Shown in pieces: positions 33,116-35,304 of a DNA stretch of 35,304 nucleotides; the first letter of the stretch is position 1, and each line of letters opens with the position of its first letter. A program made the translations under genes and the position numbers. The notes beneath the pieces were generated by a model. That model did no database searches. It saw nothing but the letters and a program-made list of their open reading frames with translations, and was not told where the DNA came from. This DNA is from Octopus bimaculoides (lineage: Eukaryota). The stretch is taken from positions 21,620,032 to 21,655,335 of the forward strand of contig NC_068994.1 in assembly GCF_001194135.2 (NCBI RefSeq). Direction: 5' to 3'.

Positions 33116-35304
33116 GCGATAAATACAAAACCTTATATATTCCTTATAGCCAAATTTTTTTCAGAAAGACTTTTTTTCTCTCAGGGTCAAAATGTACTGC
33201 TAAGGAGCTTTAAAGACTACACTCTAACACTGAATATTGCTCACATCTTTGGAGCATAAATATCTAAATGATTTTCTTGAGAAGTGTTTAGTGTGGTGGT
33301 TAGTTGTGTATTCTTTTTTAACTCTTCACAATGTTAGTTAAGCTGTGCAAAGACAACAACCACACTAAAATTTAATTGAGTTTCAAATATTCTATTAATC
33401 AACCCATATATATTTACAAGTGTACGCCCAATAAATTAATGGAACAACAGTCAGCGAACATAACACTTGGGAATCTTCTGTAATACAACATGCTAGATTA
33501 TGAAAGTAGTGCATAATCTTTGAAGACAAAATATGCATATAATGAGCATTACTTGACATGACTTTGGTTGACTACAACAGAAGCATGTTACACAAGACAA
33601 ATCAAAAAGGGGGAGAGACCAATTTGCTGAGCCGAGTGACATAGATTTACCTAGATGGTTGAGCAGCTTTGGTCTGAGGTTGAATTTTCCAGCTTTTTAT
33701 AACTGTAAGCCACTTTTATAGAACCTTTAGCTAACTATTTCACAGGAAAACTTGCACACTTTCTTTGAAATTTGCCATGTCAATCACAAGTCAGCCTGTA
33801 CTGATTGGTTAAATCATATTCACATAGGCATTAGTGCTTTACAAGGCAACACTTTTCCTTTTATAGAAGTACATTAGGTTGGAGTTCTGGACTGGAAAAG
33901 TCTGAGAGCTATGGTTCAAAATTCAGTAGGGGTCTTGCTGCAAGTGTATCCATTTTAGTATTTTCCAAACACTAGCTCACTTTTTAGCTGTGCTATCTCC
34001 CAATCTCATATCACTGGCTTCATTCAGTCCTTCCCTTCAAAATCTTAAGGAAAGCAAAGTAATCCACAAAAGTTATCATTCTCTTTGGACAAGGTCTTCA
34101 GTGCTAATTAATGTTTTATATAAAAAAAAAATTATGATTTTTTTTCAATCACAAATAGAGTAATTCTTAAAAAGCATAATCACCCCCACCAAATATAAAC
34201 ACAAGCTAGATAGCTAACACACTGTCTTCCTATTTCATCACTAGTGTGGTCCATTTAAAAAAAAAATTAGGAAAGTGAAAACTCATAGATTACTTAATCT
34301 TCTTTGAGACTGTGAAAGTAGTAATTGGATGAGGTCCTCAAAAGAGACAGGGAAAAGACAGATAAACAGTGAGCTAGTATTTGGAGAGAACATATATGAA
34401 TTCACTTCACAAAAACTAAATTCAATAATAATTTATCAGCTATTTAAATTTAATCCTTAGTAAAATACCTAAACTTAAGGCCTGAGCTGTAATCATTTAA
34501 CATAAATCAGAACTGTGCAGAAAAAATATTTTATTTAATAAAAACAAGATATCTTTTGCCTTCAAATTCTTGTCTTAGTTGTTGTCTAACTGATTAGAGT
34601 AAATATATCATAGCTGAATACCTACTGTTGATGTAGGTGTGGCACATATGTATATATTGTGTATAAGGAAATAATCTAATAGGTCAATGCTATGATTTTG
34701 GACAAAACAATGCACACTTTTTTATGTATGTATGACACTGCAGAAACCAACACTTTTGCTGCAAATGTTAAACTTTCATGACAACTTGTCACATTATTGC
34801 TACGGCCAACACTTCTTCACAATAGTTTGGTTTCTGCATTCATTAAATACTTCAGCTCTTGATAATTGATCACTCTCTATAAATCTAAATGTCCTCTACT
34901 AAAAACCTGCCCATATATCAAGAATTGTGCACAACTGTCTATGTTTAAATAGGTATCATGAATTTTTGAAAATATTTAAATTTAACTTCTACTGTACTTT
35001 TTCTAGAGCAACCAAAAAGAAACATTTTGATACCTCATTTGTGAAATTTAGGTGAATATTTTAGGAAATATGACAATTTGAATGGCTAGCAAATTAGTTG
35101 TAATCTTGCCTAATTAAGCCTAAATGAATAATTAGCCATATTTGTGATGTTATAACTTTGAAACTGAGGTGATAATCATCTTTAAAAATTTCACAAATTA
35201 ATAGTGCTCATGGGATAGCAGTTGCCTGTTTTATCAGGTTCTTGAAAATTAAACTAATTTTTTGGCAATTTAAAAAAATATTTGTATAAAGCCTATTTTG
35301 TTGC

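Noticed and set aside
33770-33815. CCAAT box (CTGATTGGTT) and GTCAATCA as a promoter for the gene
   Set aside because: Short motifs are expected by chance; I see no first-exon donor or CpG/GC rise to support it.
1-35304. CRISPR array, operon, defence system, rRNA or viral genes
   Set aside because: No regular repeat-spacer array, no dense prokaryotic ORFs and no rRNA-like segment. The window is spliceosomal-intron-rich animal DNA.

Overview
AT-rich animal genomic DNA, most likely an Octopus species. This is inferred from the SINE, MITE and LINE repertoire and the TA/TG microsatellites; no search was run. No prokaryotic-type system is present. The window is dominated by one minus-strand gene that I recognise as a KIAA0232 (DUF4603-type) homolog. 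Four coding exons join in frame through canonical GT-AG sites: 23900..about 25003 (start uncertain), 21885..21957, 21007..21085 and a 6262-nt exon at 4892..11153. Together they give about 2500 aa, and the last exon(s) are uncertain. The introns hold decayed RTE and CR1-type LINEs, three tandem DD37D (maT) elements, a TA-flanked DD34D mariner, SINEs and a MITE. The most interesting unexplained signals are (1) a leader with a tiny uORF, a strong-Kozak 120-aa uORF and a roughly 200-aa ORF overlapping the main start, possibly spliced into one 284-aa upstream protein; (2) a roughly 590-aa disordered segment with 27 spaced tryptophans, resembling GW182-type W-motif arrays; and (3) a roughly 350-bp inverted repeat pair 2.4 kb apart.
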